A stretch of DNA of 35,768 bases from a virus (lineage: Duplodnaviria > Caudoviricetes): IMG/VR virus record IMGVR_UViG_3300032233_002708, positions 1 through 35,768 of that record; one strand, written 5' to 3'. Below, piece by piece: positions 1 through 8,398 of the stretch. Position 1 is the stretch's first letter. The number at the start of each line of letters is the position of its first letter. The notes below the pieces were generated by a model, which was not told the DNA's origin, did not search any database, and saw only the letters and a program-made list of their open reading frames with translations. The translations under genes and the position numbers were made by a program.

Positions 1-424
1 CATTTCTAGCATCTTCAATCATTTTTTCCTTTGATCGTCCGTGGACCCCAGTTTTTTTATCATAGGTTAGTTTTCCATTTATTTTTCCCATAATTTTTCC
101 AGTTTTTCTTCCATTTTCTCTTAATACTTTAAGTGATGTTTTTCCCCCACAACTTTCATTCAAGCACCATTTATCAGTATTATAAACTGGTCTTATTATT
201 CTTTTCTCAATTTCTTGTGCGTTTATCCAACCTTGATCATTATAATTAAATATTTCTAATATTTGTTTCTTTGGAGTATAAAGTTCCCAACACCATTTAT
301 TTGTATATGGAGACCCCCAATATTCTTCATCAAATTTTTTTTCCTTATGGACTCCATAGTAATAATATGGAACTTCTTCAAAAGTAATTTTGTATATATA
401 AACCCTTGGACTTTGAAAAGTCAT
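1..424 (-). CDS. GIY-YIG-family (Seg-like) homing endonuclease, 3' end beyond the window
   Basis: Not in the ORF track; translated by hand from ATG at 424: MTFQSPRVYIYKITFEEVPYYYYGVHKEKKFDEEYWGSP...AQEIEKRII...CLNESCGG..., open to position 1. YIY-x9-YYG variant of GIY-YIG plus YxGS, catalytic E and N motifs; late promoter at 452-459. Confidence 0.8.
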   Translation of the reverse strand, partial: MTFQSPRVYIYKITFEEVPYYYYGVHKEKKFDEEYWGSPYTNKWCWELYTPKKQILEIFNYNDQGWINAQEIEKRIIRPVYNTDKWCLNESCGGKTSLKVLRENGRKTGKIMGKINGKLTYDKKTGVHGRSKEKMIEDARN

Positions 425-451
425 AGTTCTACTCTGTTAGGTTGGCATTAT

Positions 452-459
452 TATTTATA
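452..459 (-). promoter_or_regulatory. T4-type late promoter TATAAATA for the endonuclease
   Basis: Exact gp55 consensus 28 nt upstream of the ATG; +1 predicted near 446. Confidence 0.8.
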
Positions 460-465
460 AAATAT

Positions 466-493
466 AAAAGAGAAGGTGCCAAGAGACACCTTC
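466..493 (-). terminator. Intrinsic terminator of the putative sRNA
   Basis: GAAGGUGUC-UCUU-GGCACCUUC then UCUUUU; the U-G wobble only forms on the minus strand. Confidence 0.75.
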
Positions 494-521
494 CTACCTG
501 AAAAGCGCCAACCTAACAGGT
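466..521 (-). ncRNA. Putative ~56-nt antisense sRNA against the endonuclease 5' UTR
   Basis: Own late promoter (527-534), stem ACCUG/CAGGU (521-517 with 500-496), terminator (493-466); 519-507 is the exact complement of UTR 446-434. Confidence 0.7.
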
Positions 522-526
522 ATTAT

Positions 527-534
527 TATTTATG
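527..534 (-). promoter_or_regulatory. Late promoter CATAAATA driving the putative sRNA
   Basis: Same CATAAATA variant precedes several late genes here; followed by the same ATAAT spacer as the 452-459 promoter. Confidence 0.7.
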
Positions 535-591
535 ATTTTTTTTTATTTTTTAAATCCTTATGATGTGGCCTAGGTTATTATTTAGGATTTG

Positions 592-801
592 TCAAGGGGT
601 TGGGCCATTAGTAGTTGTGATGCTTAGGATCTCAATCGTAGGTTCCTCATCATCTTCACTAATGCTTAACCATTCATAAAACTCGGAGTCCAATGCAATT
701 GCATCTTCAATTTTATTGGCACTGATTAGTTCACTATGTCGTTCTAAACACCAGTCCCGAATATCCTTCACAATCAATTCAGTCGCTGTAATTTTTTCCA
801 T
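592..801 (-). CDS. Hypothetical acidic protein (69 aa), probably early
   Basis: ATG ORF directly downstream of a consensus sigma70 promoter. Confidence 0.7.
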   Translation of the reverse strand: MEKITATELIVKDIRDWCLERHSELISANKIEDAIALDSEFYEWLSISEDDEEPTIEILSITTTNGPTP

Positions 802-806
802 AAATA
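799..806 (+). promoter_or_regulatory. Late promoter CATAAATA for the + strand GIY-YIG gene
   Basis: Motif overlaps the start codon of the opposite-strand 69-aa ORF and points at the GTG start at 854. Confidence 0.5.
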
Positions 807-824
807 TTAGCTGTATACAAGATT

Positions 825-853
825 ATTGTACCATACCCAAGGAGCGGTGTCAA
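825..853 (-). promoter_or_regulatory. Sigma70-type early promoter
   Basis: TTGACA (853-848), 17-nt spacer, TGn-TACAAT (830-825). Confidence 0.8.
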
Positions 854-1276
854 GTGTGGATGATGAATGATAAAGAATTTTTATCTATACCAGAAAAAAT
901 GGAAGGTTTTGTTTATTGCATTACTAATCTTGAAAATGAGAAGAAGTACATTGGAAAGAAAACTTTTTGGGAAAGAAGAAAAGATAGAAAAACAGGAAGA
1001 AGAAAGAAGAAAGAAAGTAATTGGCAGGATTACTTTGGTTCCTGTGATGAATTAATTGAAGACGTAAAAAAACTCGGAAAAGATAAATTTTTCCGAGAAA
1101 TTTTATATTTGTGTCCCCATAAAAAATCTATGTCTTATTATGAAACATATGAGCAATTTAAGAGGAATGTTTTATTACGAGAAGATTATTATAATACTAA
1201 TATAGAAGGTAAATTTTTTAGCAGTGAAGTTGAAAATATATATTCTATTGTTAAAACAGAATTAACCGATCTTTAA
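854..1276 (+). CDS. Stand-alone GIY-YIG nuclease (140 aa, catalytic domain only)
   Basis: FVYCITN...KKYIGKK, YFGS, E and YYN motifs; start moved to GTG 854 because of RBS AAGGAG at 839-844. Confidence 0.8.
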   Translation: MWMMNDKEFLSIPEKMEGFVYCITNLENEKKYIGKKTFWERRKDRKTGRRKKKESNWQDYFGSCDELIEDVKKLGKDKFFREILYLCPHKKSMSYYETYEQFKRNVLLREDYYNTNIEGKFFSSEVENIYSIVKTELTDL

Positions 1277-1417
1277 TTCATCGATATAATTTAAGACTTC
1301 ACTTAAATATTTGTGTGTAACCCATTTTTCATGTGGTGAGATTTGCTCACTATCCAATTTATGTTTTAGTTTTTCTACTCTTGCTTTTAGAGTATAAATG
1401 TCAGTAATGTGAATCAT
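1262..1417 (-). CDS. Small hypothetical helical protein (51 aa)
   Basis: Hand translation MIHITDIYTLKARVEKLKHKLDSEQISPHEKWVTHKYLSEVLNYIDELKIG; fills the gap and resembles small cyanophage ORFs near nrdB. Confidence 0.7.
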   Translation of the reverse strand: MIHITDIYTLKARVEKLKHKLDSEQISPHEKWVTHKYLSEVLNYIDELKIG

Positions 1418-1434
1418 AAAATTTACATATAATA

Positions 1435-1457
1435 AAGGGGAGTGAAAGACTCCCCTT
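1435..1457 (-). terminator. Intrinsic terminator
   Basis: 9-bp stem AAGGGGAGU/ACUCCCCUU followed by a U-rich tail, just after the 374-aa gene. Confidence 0.75.
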
Positions 1458-1473
1458 ATAATTTAATTGCAAA

Positions 1474-2598
1474 TCAATCTTCTAGATATTGGGATGCAAT
1501 ATTTTCAATTACATCTTCAGAAAGATTTTCTAAGATGACAAGTGCATTTTCAAGATTATCCGCATAACCTTCGTTAATTAGATCTTCAAGAATACATTGA
1601 GCTAAAAGTTCATAGTTACTCTCAGCTATTGCTGCTTTTCTTGCTGCACGAATTGCAGTATCTCTTGCTGCTCCTGTCAGTTCTTTTTTGTTTGCTCCAA
1701 TAGGGACAATTCTTCTCTGTGCATGTCTACTGAAGGTATGTGCAGTAGAAGGACCGCCCTTGCCCAAAGTTTTTAACCCCAATTCTACTTTTGGTGAGGA
1801 AGCTGATTTTGGTGCTGGAGATGGACCTTGCATAGCTCCAGTTCTCTTTGCGCTAGCAACAGCAGCTTTATTCTTTTCAGATCTTATTGCACCAACAACT
1901 GCTTTTCCAGCTCTTTTCAGTAAACCACCAATTGCTCTACGCTTACTGCCACCGGATTTGGTTTCAGTTTCGGTTTCAACTGGAGCTGGACGACCACCAC
2001 CAGAAGTAATAGTTTTTGTTCTAGTTGTTACTTGGGCCTTTTCTCCAGCTTTTTCAACTCCACTACCCATTCTTTCTGCACTTCTACCGGCTTTGAGCGC
2101 AGCAGCAGCGCCAGTACGGACAACCTTTGTAAGTGCTGCCTTTGCCTTTCCAGCAAGACCAGCCGCACGGTTATATGTACCAGTTGCAGCCTTACTAACT
2201 GCTGAACCAACTCCTGCAGCAGCAGATTTAACTGATTCTCCCGCTTTCTTAACGGCACCAGTTACTTTGGCTACTCGCTCTTGTCTTCTAGCTGTTTTTA
2301 AAGTTGCAGCTCGTTCTGCTCCAACTCTAGCAGCTCTTTCTGCTTTCTGTCTTGGGTTCATGGCTTCTGCCAAAACTTCTTCCAAAATAACATCAGAAAA
2401 AGTATTTTGAATTAAATTATAAGACTCATCTAGAGTATTTCCATAATCCATAAATTCCCAAAGAAGAGATTCCATAACCTCTTCAATCTGTTCATTCATA
2501 AGATAATCTACAAATTTTAGATTTTCGTAGAATGTCTCATCAGTTTTTCTTGGATTATATAATTCTCCGTAAGCTTCAGTAAGATAATATCTTGACAT
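1474..2598 (-). CDS. Late protein with basic Ala/Lys/Gly-rich core and acidic ends; probable virion-internal protein
   Basis: Late promoter 2629-2636; LxEAY N-terminus and C-terminal LINEGYAD...ENLSE motif shared with 12658..13545. Confidence 0.75.
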   Translation of the reverse strand: MSRYYLTEAYGELYNPRKTDETFYENLKFVDYLMNEQIEEVMESLLWEFMDYGNTLDESYNLIQNTFSDVILEEVLAEAMNPRQKAERAARVGAERAATLKTARRQERVAKVTGAVKKAGESVKSAAAGVGSAVSKAATGTYNRAAGLAGKAKAALTKVVRTGAAAALKAGRSAERMGSGVEKAGEKAQVTTRTKTITSGGGRPAPVETETETKSGGSKRRAIGGLLKRAGKAVVGAIRSEKNKAAVASAKRTGAMQGPSPAPKSASSPKVELGLKTLGKGGPSTAHTFSRHAQRRIVPIGANKKELTGAARDTAIRAARKAAIAESNYELLAQCILEDLINEGYADNLENALVILENLSEDVIENIASQYLED

Positions 2599-2628
2599 GG
2601 TAGTATAGTATTTGTAATTTCCTTTATA

Positions 2629-2636
2629 TATTTATA
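2629..2636 (-). promoter_or_regulatory. Late promoter TATAAATA
   Basis: Exact consensus upstream of ATG 2598. Confidence 0.75.
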
Positions 2637-2663
2637 AAAAAAAATTGCTGGAAACACTTTATG

Positions 2664-3866
2664 TCAAAGTTTAAACCCAGAAAATGCATCCGATTTCATG
2701 TCCTGGCTCACCCCACCAATAACATAAGACTCTAAAGCCTCTTCTTGTGGTGGATTTTGAACATTTTTACTGTTCAACCAATCTTCTGTCCAGGGTAGTG
2801 GATTATTATTTGCGGGAATATCATAAATTGGTTTTAATCCAAGTGCCTTCATTCTTCGATTTGTGATCCACTCAACATAATTGAATAATAGTTTATCGTT
2901 CAATCCAATCATAGATCCATCTTTAAACAAATACTCTGCCCACTTCTTTTCTTCGTTTGCTGTTTTTTCAAACATAGAATAGACATAAGGTTCTTCTTCC
3001 TTTGCTATTTTTTTCATATCAGGATCATCAAGTCCATTTTTCCATTTCGTAAGAATATTCTGTGTTAGAAATAAATGGAGCCTTTCATCAAGTGCAATCT
3101 TAGAAATAATCTTTGCAGATCCTTCCATCAAATGAAGTTCACCAAATGCAAATGAACAAGCAAAAGAAACATAAAAACGAATTCCCTCCAGAATATTTAC
3201 ATTTGCAATGGCACGATAAAGTTTTCGCTTGACTTCATATAATTCAAGTTTTCCTAAATCTACACCCTCATTATTAAATTTCCAAAGATTGGTAGATGAA
3301 TATGTATTTGCAGATTGAACATAATCATCATATGAACTCGTTACACTCTTCGCACGTTCAAGAATATTCTCATCATCAATAATTTTATCAAATACCTCAG
3401 ATGGATTTGAGTAAACATTTTTAATAATATAAGTATAAGAATAACTATGAATCATTTCCATAAATTCCCATACGATCATTGCAGATTCTAATTCTGGTAA
3501 TGAACAATGCGGAAGAAAAGCAAGTCCAGGACCTCTTCCTTGAACAGAATCCAACATAATCTGATACTTCAAATTTGAGGTAAAAATATGTTTCTGTTCT
3601 GGTCTTAATTTTTGATAGTCCGCACGATCTTTTGTCAATGGATATGCCTCAGGTCGCCAGAATGCACCTAACTGATCCTGGGTTAACTTATAAAAAACAG
3701 GAAACTTATGAACATCATATCTTTGAATTCCCAAAGGGGGACCAAAGAACATGTTATTTTTTGAATAGTCCGAAATATTTGAATTAAAAACTGTCATGCC
3801 TTTGATTTCAGATTTGTCAATCACACTTTTTTCCTCACTATTTGCTTTAAATCTTACAATACTCAT
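2664..3866 (-). CDS. nrdB: Class I ribonucleotide reductase beta subunit
   Basis: FWRPE, LDSVQGRGP, EMIHSYSY (radical Tyr), EGIRFYVSF, DERLH, PQE...Y motifs. Confidence 0.97.
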   Translation of the reverse strand: MSIVRFKANSEEKSVIDKSEIKGMTVFNSNISDYSKNNMFFGPPLGIQRYDVHKFPVFYKLTQDQLGAFWRPEAYPLTKDRADYQKLRPEQKHIFTSNLKYQIMLDSVQGRGPGLAFLPHCSLPELESAMIVWEFMEMIHSYSYTYIIKNVYSNPSEVFDKIIDDENILERAKSVTSSYDDYVQSANTYSSTNLWKFNNEGVDLGKLELYEVKRKLYRAIANVNILEGIRFYVSFACSFAFGELHLMEGSAKIISKIALDERLHLFLTQNILTKWKNGLDDPDMKKIAKEEEPYVYSMFEKTANEEKKWAEYLFKDGSMIGLNDKLLFNYVEWITNRRMKALGLKPIYDIPANNNPLPWTEDWLNSKNVQNPPQEEALESYVIGGVSQDMKSDAFSGFKL

Positions 3867-3873
3867 TATTTAT

Positions 3874-6150
3874 TTAAATAGAACAACTATCACAAGAACT
3901 TTCATCTTCTCCTTCTTCTAAAATTACATTTACTAAATCTTCTAATGCCATATCGTCTTTTTTCCCATCATATGTATTCATATAATATGCTGTCTTATGT
4001 CCCTTTTTGTATGCCTGTAGAAAATCATTTACAACAACACTCATTGGAACTTTCTTATCTGGATAATTTTCTGGATTATAACTCCAATTTGCACTAATTG
4101 ATTGATCAAAAAACTTTTGCATCGCAGCAACAATATTAAAATAACCTTCATTAGACTTCATATCCCAAAGAAGAGTATAATCGTTCTTTAAAGTGGAATA
4201 CTGTGGAACAATCTGTTTGATTTTTCTCTTAATAGATAGATAACCTCTAGGTGGCTCAATTCCATTTGTTGCATTTGAAGTTTTTGACGAAGTTTCCGAA
4301 GGCATGGCGGCGGTAAGTGTAGTATTCCTTAGTCCATACTTTAAAATGTCTTGTCTCAGTGTTTCCCAATCATGATGAAGAGGTTCTGAGATAAAGTCAT
4401 CAATATCTTTTTTGTATGTATCAATAGGAAGAATTCCATGTGCATATTTTGTATCAACAAATCCTTGACATACACCCTTCTCTTTTGCGAGCTGATTTGA
4501 TGCTTTCAATAGATAATATTGAAGTCCCTCTGAAAGTCTATGAATCGCATTACATGCCCTTGGATCTTCATACTTAAGTCCAAGTTTAGCAAGATAATGT
4601 GCGATCCCAATAAACCCAATACCAAGAGATCTATATTTTCTCGTTGAAATTTCTGCTGCTTTTACTGGATATTCTTGGATGTCAATAAGTTCATCCAATG
4701 CCCTTACCATAAGATCACAACATTCTTCAAATTCTCTTTCTGTTTTGATGACGCCAGCATTAAGTGCAGATAAAATGCAGAGTGCAATTGAACCATTTAC
4801 ATCATCAATATGCTCTATCGGTTCAGTTAACAGACAAATTTCGACACACAAATTGCTCATTCGAATAGTCTTTGTATACGGACTATGTGAATTTGCATGA
4901 TCAATGTTCAGTATGTAGATTCGTCCTGTATCACTTCTTTCATTCAAGATTTCAAGAATAAGTTCTTGTGCATTAACAGTTTTTCTCGGAACAGAGTTAT
5001 CTCGTTCGTAACTAACATATAGATCATCAAATCCATCAGTACCGAAAGCATCATAAAGACCAGGAACGTCATTTGGAGAGAATAGACTAATTTCTTCATT
5101 TTTGATGAACCGTTCATAGAAAATCTTAGAAATTGATACAGCATAATCTAATGATCTTGCTCTATTTTCATCATTTCCCTTTTCATTTTTTAGGACAATT
5201 AATTCTCTAATCTCTTGATGCCAAATTGGAAAGAATAAAGTTGCAGATCCTTTTCTGAGACCGCCCTGAGAACAAGAATTTAAATCTCCCTCAAATGATT
5301 TAATGAAAGGAACTATACCAGTATGAATTACTTCGCCATTCCGAATTTTGCTTCCAATCCCACGAATTCTACCAACATTAAGTCCAATCCCAGATTTCGC
5401 AGAAACATACCTCATCAATGCACTTTTAGTAGCAATAATAGATTCAATGGAATCACCACAATCTAATAGAGTACAAGATGCATATTGTCTTTTCTTTGTT
5501 CTCACTCCTGCCATTACTGGAGTGGGAATATTGATTTTATGCTTACTAATAACATCATAATATCTTTTTACATAAGACATTCTAGTTTCTTTTGGATATC
5601 TAGAAAAAGTTACCATTGCAACAAGAATGTACATGAACTGTGGAGTCTCATATACTTTTTTTATGATCCTATCCTGAACAAGATATTTGTCTACAATTTC
5701 CCTAAGTCCGGCATAAGTAAACAAATAGTCTCTATGGTGGTCAATAAAAGAATTTGCAATATCAAACTCTTCTTTAGTATACCAATTTAAAATATCAGAA
5801 TCATAAAATCCCAAATCAATTACTTTATTGACATGTTCATATAGATGTGGAAGATCAATTCTTCCTTTGTATAGGCTCTTGCGAATGGCAAATAAAAGCA
5901 ACCTAGCCGCAACAAACTGATAATTAGGATGTTCTAGACTAATTAAGTCACTTGCAGATTTAATTAGTATTTCTTGAATTGCATCCGTAGAAATTCCATC
6001 ATAAAATTGAATTCCAGAGGTCATTTCAACCTGCGACGAAGAGACGCCTGAGAGGTCGCTACAAGCCTCCTCAACCATTCTATGCATCTTTTCGAGGTCT
6101 AGATGCTCAATACTACCATTTCTTTTTTGAACTTTAATACCATTGCTCAT
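3874..6150 (-). CDS. nrdA: Class I ribonucleotide reductase alpha subunit with ATP cone
   Basis: VQKRNG ATP cone, PTPVMAG, ASC, SQGGLRKG, SNLCVEI, MPSETSS, C-terminal CDSC. Confidence 0.97.
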   Translation of the reverse strand: MSNGIKVQKRNGSIEHLDLEKMHRMVEEACSDLSGVSSSQVEMTSGIQFYDGISTDAIQEILIKSASDLISLEHPNYQFVAARLLLFAIRKSLYKGRIDLPHLYEHVNKVIDLGFYDSDILNWYTKEEFDIANSFIDHHRDYLFTYAGLREIVDKYLVQDRIIKKVYETPQFMYILVAMVTFSRYPKETRMSYVKRYYDVISKHKINIPTPVMAGVRTKKRQYASCTLLDCGDSIESIIATKSALMRYVSAKSGIGLNVGRIRGIGSKIRNGEVIHTGIVPFIKSFEGDLNSCSQGGLRKGSATLFFPIWHQEIRELIVLKNEKGNDENRARSLDYAVSISKIFYERFIKNEEISLFSPNDVPGLYDAFGTDGFDDLYVSYERDNSVPRKTVNAQELILEILNERSDTGRIYILNIDHANSHSPYTKTIRMSNLCVEICLLTEPIEHIDDVNGSIALCILSALNAGVIKTEREFEECCDLMVRALDELIDIQEYPVKAAEISTRKYRSLGIGFIGIAHYLAKLGLKYEDPRACNAIHRLSEGLQYYLLKASNQLAKEKGVCQGFVDTKYAHGILPIDTYKKDIDDFISEPLHHDWETLRQDILKYGLRNTTLTAAMPSETSSKTSNATNGIEPPRGYLSIKRKIKQIVPQYSTLKNDYTLLWDMKSNEGYFNIVAAMQKFFDQSISANWSYNPENYPDKKVPMSVVVNDFLQAYKKGHKTAYYMNTYDGKKDDMALEDLVNVILEEGEDESSCDSCSI

Positions 6151-7121
6151 GTCTTTTTCCAGTTGTTAAAATTAAGGTTTGCTTCCAATCCAAAATATAC
6201 ATTAGATTCAATTAATTCTTGTACATCATGTCCGGCTAAAATCATATCATTTAAATCTTTTTCTTTGATGTTAGGTGGCCAAATTACAATGCGATTTCCA
6301 GCTTCAATCTGTTTCAACATTCGATGATGAATGTGAATATTTCTTGGTTCATTATCATAAACATAGACTGGGTGAGAAATATTTAGACTCACAAGATCTA
6401 TATCTGCCCCACACATCGCAACAGAGTTTTTAATAAAAGTAGAGTCAAATGGACCCTCCACGACGTAAACTGGTTCTTGTAAATTTACATCATCATAGCC
6501 ATATATTTTTGGAGAATCTTCATCTAGCATAATAGTGATGTATTTAATCTCACTATTACCTAAAGATCTTCCTTGAAATCCTATAAGTTCTTTGCTATAG
6601 TACAAAGGAATTATGATTCTACTTTCTTCATATTTCATACTTTTCTCATCAAAAGTATGAATCATAGAATTTACCCATTCTTTAAACTTTTCTGCATAGT
6701 AAAATTTAGTTGGATCTAATTTCCTATTCTCTAAGTATGTTTTACTCTGTTTATTTTCAGTTGCTTTTGGTAAATTTAGACTCTTTCTAAATTTAGGTTG
6801 TTCAAATTTAAATTTTGGTTCTTCTGCGGTAAAGTTTTTTCCGGTATGGCCTTGCATATACTTATCTAAACAATATTGATCGTGTAAATTACCATCAACA
6901 ATTTTTAAATAATTATTCAAAGAAATATTAATACCACAATTATGACATTTATAATTGGTATTATTCTTTACCGAATAAAAATATCCTCTTGCTTTTGATT
7001 TATTTTTATGTGAATCTCCGCATATATTACATCTACAGTTATATAAAGAAGGACCTTTCTTTACAAACTTATCCAATGATAGAGAAACCAAATTTATATA
7101 TTTGTGGTCAATAGAATCCAT
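6147..7121 (-). CDS. gp61: DNA primase (T4 gp61-like)
   Basis: CNICGDS...CHNC zinc finger, FQGR, TOPRIM VVEGPFDS, DNEPRN, KDLND; start may be 7121 or 7142. Confidence 0.95.
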   Translation of the reverse strand: MDSIDHKYINLVSLSLDKFVKKGPSLYNCRCNICGDSHKNKSKARGYFYSVKNNTNYKCHNCGINISLNNYLKIVDGNLHDQYCLDKYMQGHTGKNFTAEEPKFKFEQPKFRKSLNLPKATENKQSKTYLENRKLDPTKFYYAEKFKEWVNSMIHTFDEKSMKYEESRIIIPLYYSKELIGFQGRSLGNSEIKYITIMLDEDSPKIYGYDDVNLQEPVYVVEGPFDSTFIKNSVAMCGADIDLVSLNISHPVYVYDNEPRNIHIHHRMLKQIEAGNRIVIWPPNIKEKDLNDMILAGHDVQELIESNVYFGLEANLNFNNWKKT

Positions 7122-7148
7122 TATCAAACTGCAACTGAGCATCCCAGT

Positions 7149-7177
7149 ATTCTAGCATACCTTTTTTGAGTTGTCAA
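7149..7177 (-). promoter_or_regulatory. Sigma70-type promoter for primase-nrdA-nrdB
   Basis: TTGACA (7177-7172), 17 nt, TGC-TAGAAT (7154-7149). Confidence 0.8.
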
Positions 7178-7699
7178 CTATTTGGAGGCTGGAGTGGACA
7201 GTTGTGGAACTGGATATTGAGTATTTTGTTGATATGGATGTTGTAGTTTAGGATCAATCCAACTTGATATTATAGTTGATAATGCTCCGGTTACCACTAT
7301 CAATGCAGCACCACACCCAATTGTAATCCATTTTATTCTAGTTGCGTCTTCTACTTTTTTTTCTAGTGGAATAATAATATCATCAGATATTTGTTTAGGT
7401 AAATTTTTTATTTCTTCTTCCAGTGGAACTATTCTTGCACTTACAATATCATTTATCATTATCTTAACTTGATTGTGTTCATTCGTATTTGATTCTTTTA
7501 TTGAATTAATCATCCCAACAATCAAGTCATCTGTATTGTTACATTGTTTTATTTTTTCTTCGTGTACGGCCAACATTCGCATAAGATTGGCGTTAACCTC
7601 ACTAATTTTTTCAATTGCGTTATCTAATTTTTGAACAATTGCAGCAAAATCTGTTAACTTCTGCTCCAATACTGCTATTTTTACGTTTTCTTCGGCCAT
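7178..7699 (-). CDS. Coiled-coil protein with a C-terminal transmembrane helix
   Basis: Heptad N-terminus with LAVHEEKI; hydrophobic WITIGCGAALIVVTGALSTIISSW; late promoter GATAAATA at 7762-7769. Confidence 0.75.
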   Translation of the reverse strand: MAEENVKIAVLEQKLTDFAAIVQKLDNAIEKISEVNANLMRMLAVHEEKIKQCNNTDDLIVGMINSIKESNTNEHNQVKIMINDIVSARIVPLEEEIKNLPKQISDDIIIPLEKKVEDATRIKWITIGCGAALIVVTGALSTIISSWIDPKLQHPYQQNTQYPVPQLSTPASK

Positions 7700-7771
7700 T
7701 GCAATACAGCGAATTTAATTTAATTACATAAATTCACTTAATCATCTAAACTTCTTTTTATTATTTATCTA

Positions 7772-7996
7772 TCACAAAAGTCCCATTGAATTTAACCATT
7801 TTTTGTATGTATTTTTTACGCTTCTTCCGTCTATCTTATTTGTTTTAGTTCTTCTGAAAGTACCCAATCCCATGACTGGTGTAAATCCTTGCATATTTGG
7901 ATTTGGAGAATCGGATCCCAATGCACCGCCAGTTCCTGGTGCATTTGCTACCATGTTCTCTCTTACTATTTGAATTATTCTGTCTATTTTACTCAT
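7772..7996 (-). CDS. Small hypothetical late protein (74 aa)
   Basis: Start set at MSKIDRIIQIVRE (ATG 7996), overlapping the upstream stop by 8 nt. Confidence 0.7.
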   Translation of the reverse strand: MSKIDRIIQIVRENMVANAPGTGGALGSDSPNPNMQGFTPVMGLGTFRRTKTNKIDGRSVKNTYKKWLNSMGLL

Positions 7997-8369
7997 TGGA
8001 AATTTTTTGCAACTCTGACATACAATAAGAATCAATATTAATATCATGAATATAACATCTAGGAAAATCTGGAAGACGACCTAGAAATATGATGAATGTT
8101 TTCATAGTAGACCACAACTCCTGTTCAATTTTATAAAACAGCATAGGAGTTGTGGCATCTCCAAATATATTATAAAGTATTATAAAATGATTCATGAGTA
8201 AATGAGTTTTTAAATCACCATTATTTTTGTATCGTTTTAATAAACGTTTAATATATTTAAAGTGATTTAGATCCCGATCAAAATCTTCTTTTGTTACTGC
8301 CTGAGGGTTTTCATAATTTTTGATTGCAAAAAGAAGAAATGTCTCATCATTCAATTCAGTGAATATCAT
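7989..8369 (-). CDS. Conserved T4-like cyanophage hypothetical protein
   Basis: FAIKNYENPQ...FKYIKRLL...LLMNHFIILYNIFG signature typical of the gene upstream of gp61. Confidence 0.85.
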   Translation of the reverse strand: MIFTELNDETFLLFAIKNYENPQAVTKEDFDRDLNHFKYIKRLLKRYKNNGDLKTHLLMNHFIILYNIFGDATTPMLFYKIEQELWSTMKTFIIFLGRLPDFPRCYIHDINIDSYCMSELQKISNE

Positions 8370-8398
8370 TTAAAAAAATATCGTAGTATCTATATTAA

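Noticed and set aside
437-448. Mini-ORF ATG CCA ACC TAA in the endonuclease leader
   Set aside because: Its ATG lies upstream of the predicted +1 (446), so it is probably not in the mRNA.
263-460. 65-aa + strand ORF
   Set aside because: Antisense shadow of the minus-strand GIY-YIG gene.
716-853. N-terminal extension of the 186-aa ORF
   Set aside because: Overlaps the opposite gene and its promoter; the RBS supports GTG 854.
1688-2410. 240-aa + strand ORF
   Set aside because: Mirror frame of an Ala/Lys/Gly-rich gene, which naturally lacks antisense stops; no RBS or motifs.
3867-3874. AATAAATA before nrdB
   Set aside because: Abuts the ATG, so +1 would fall inside the gene; likely chance.
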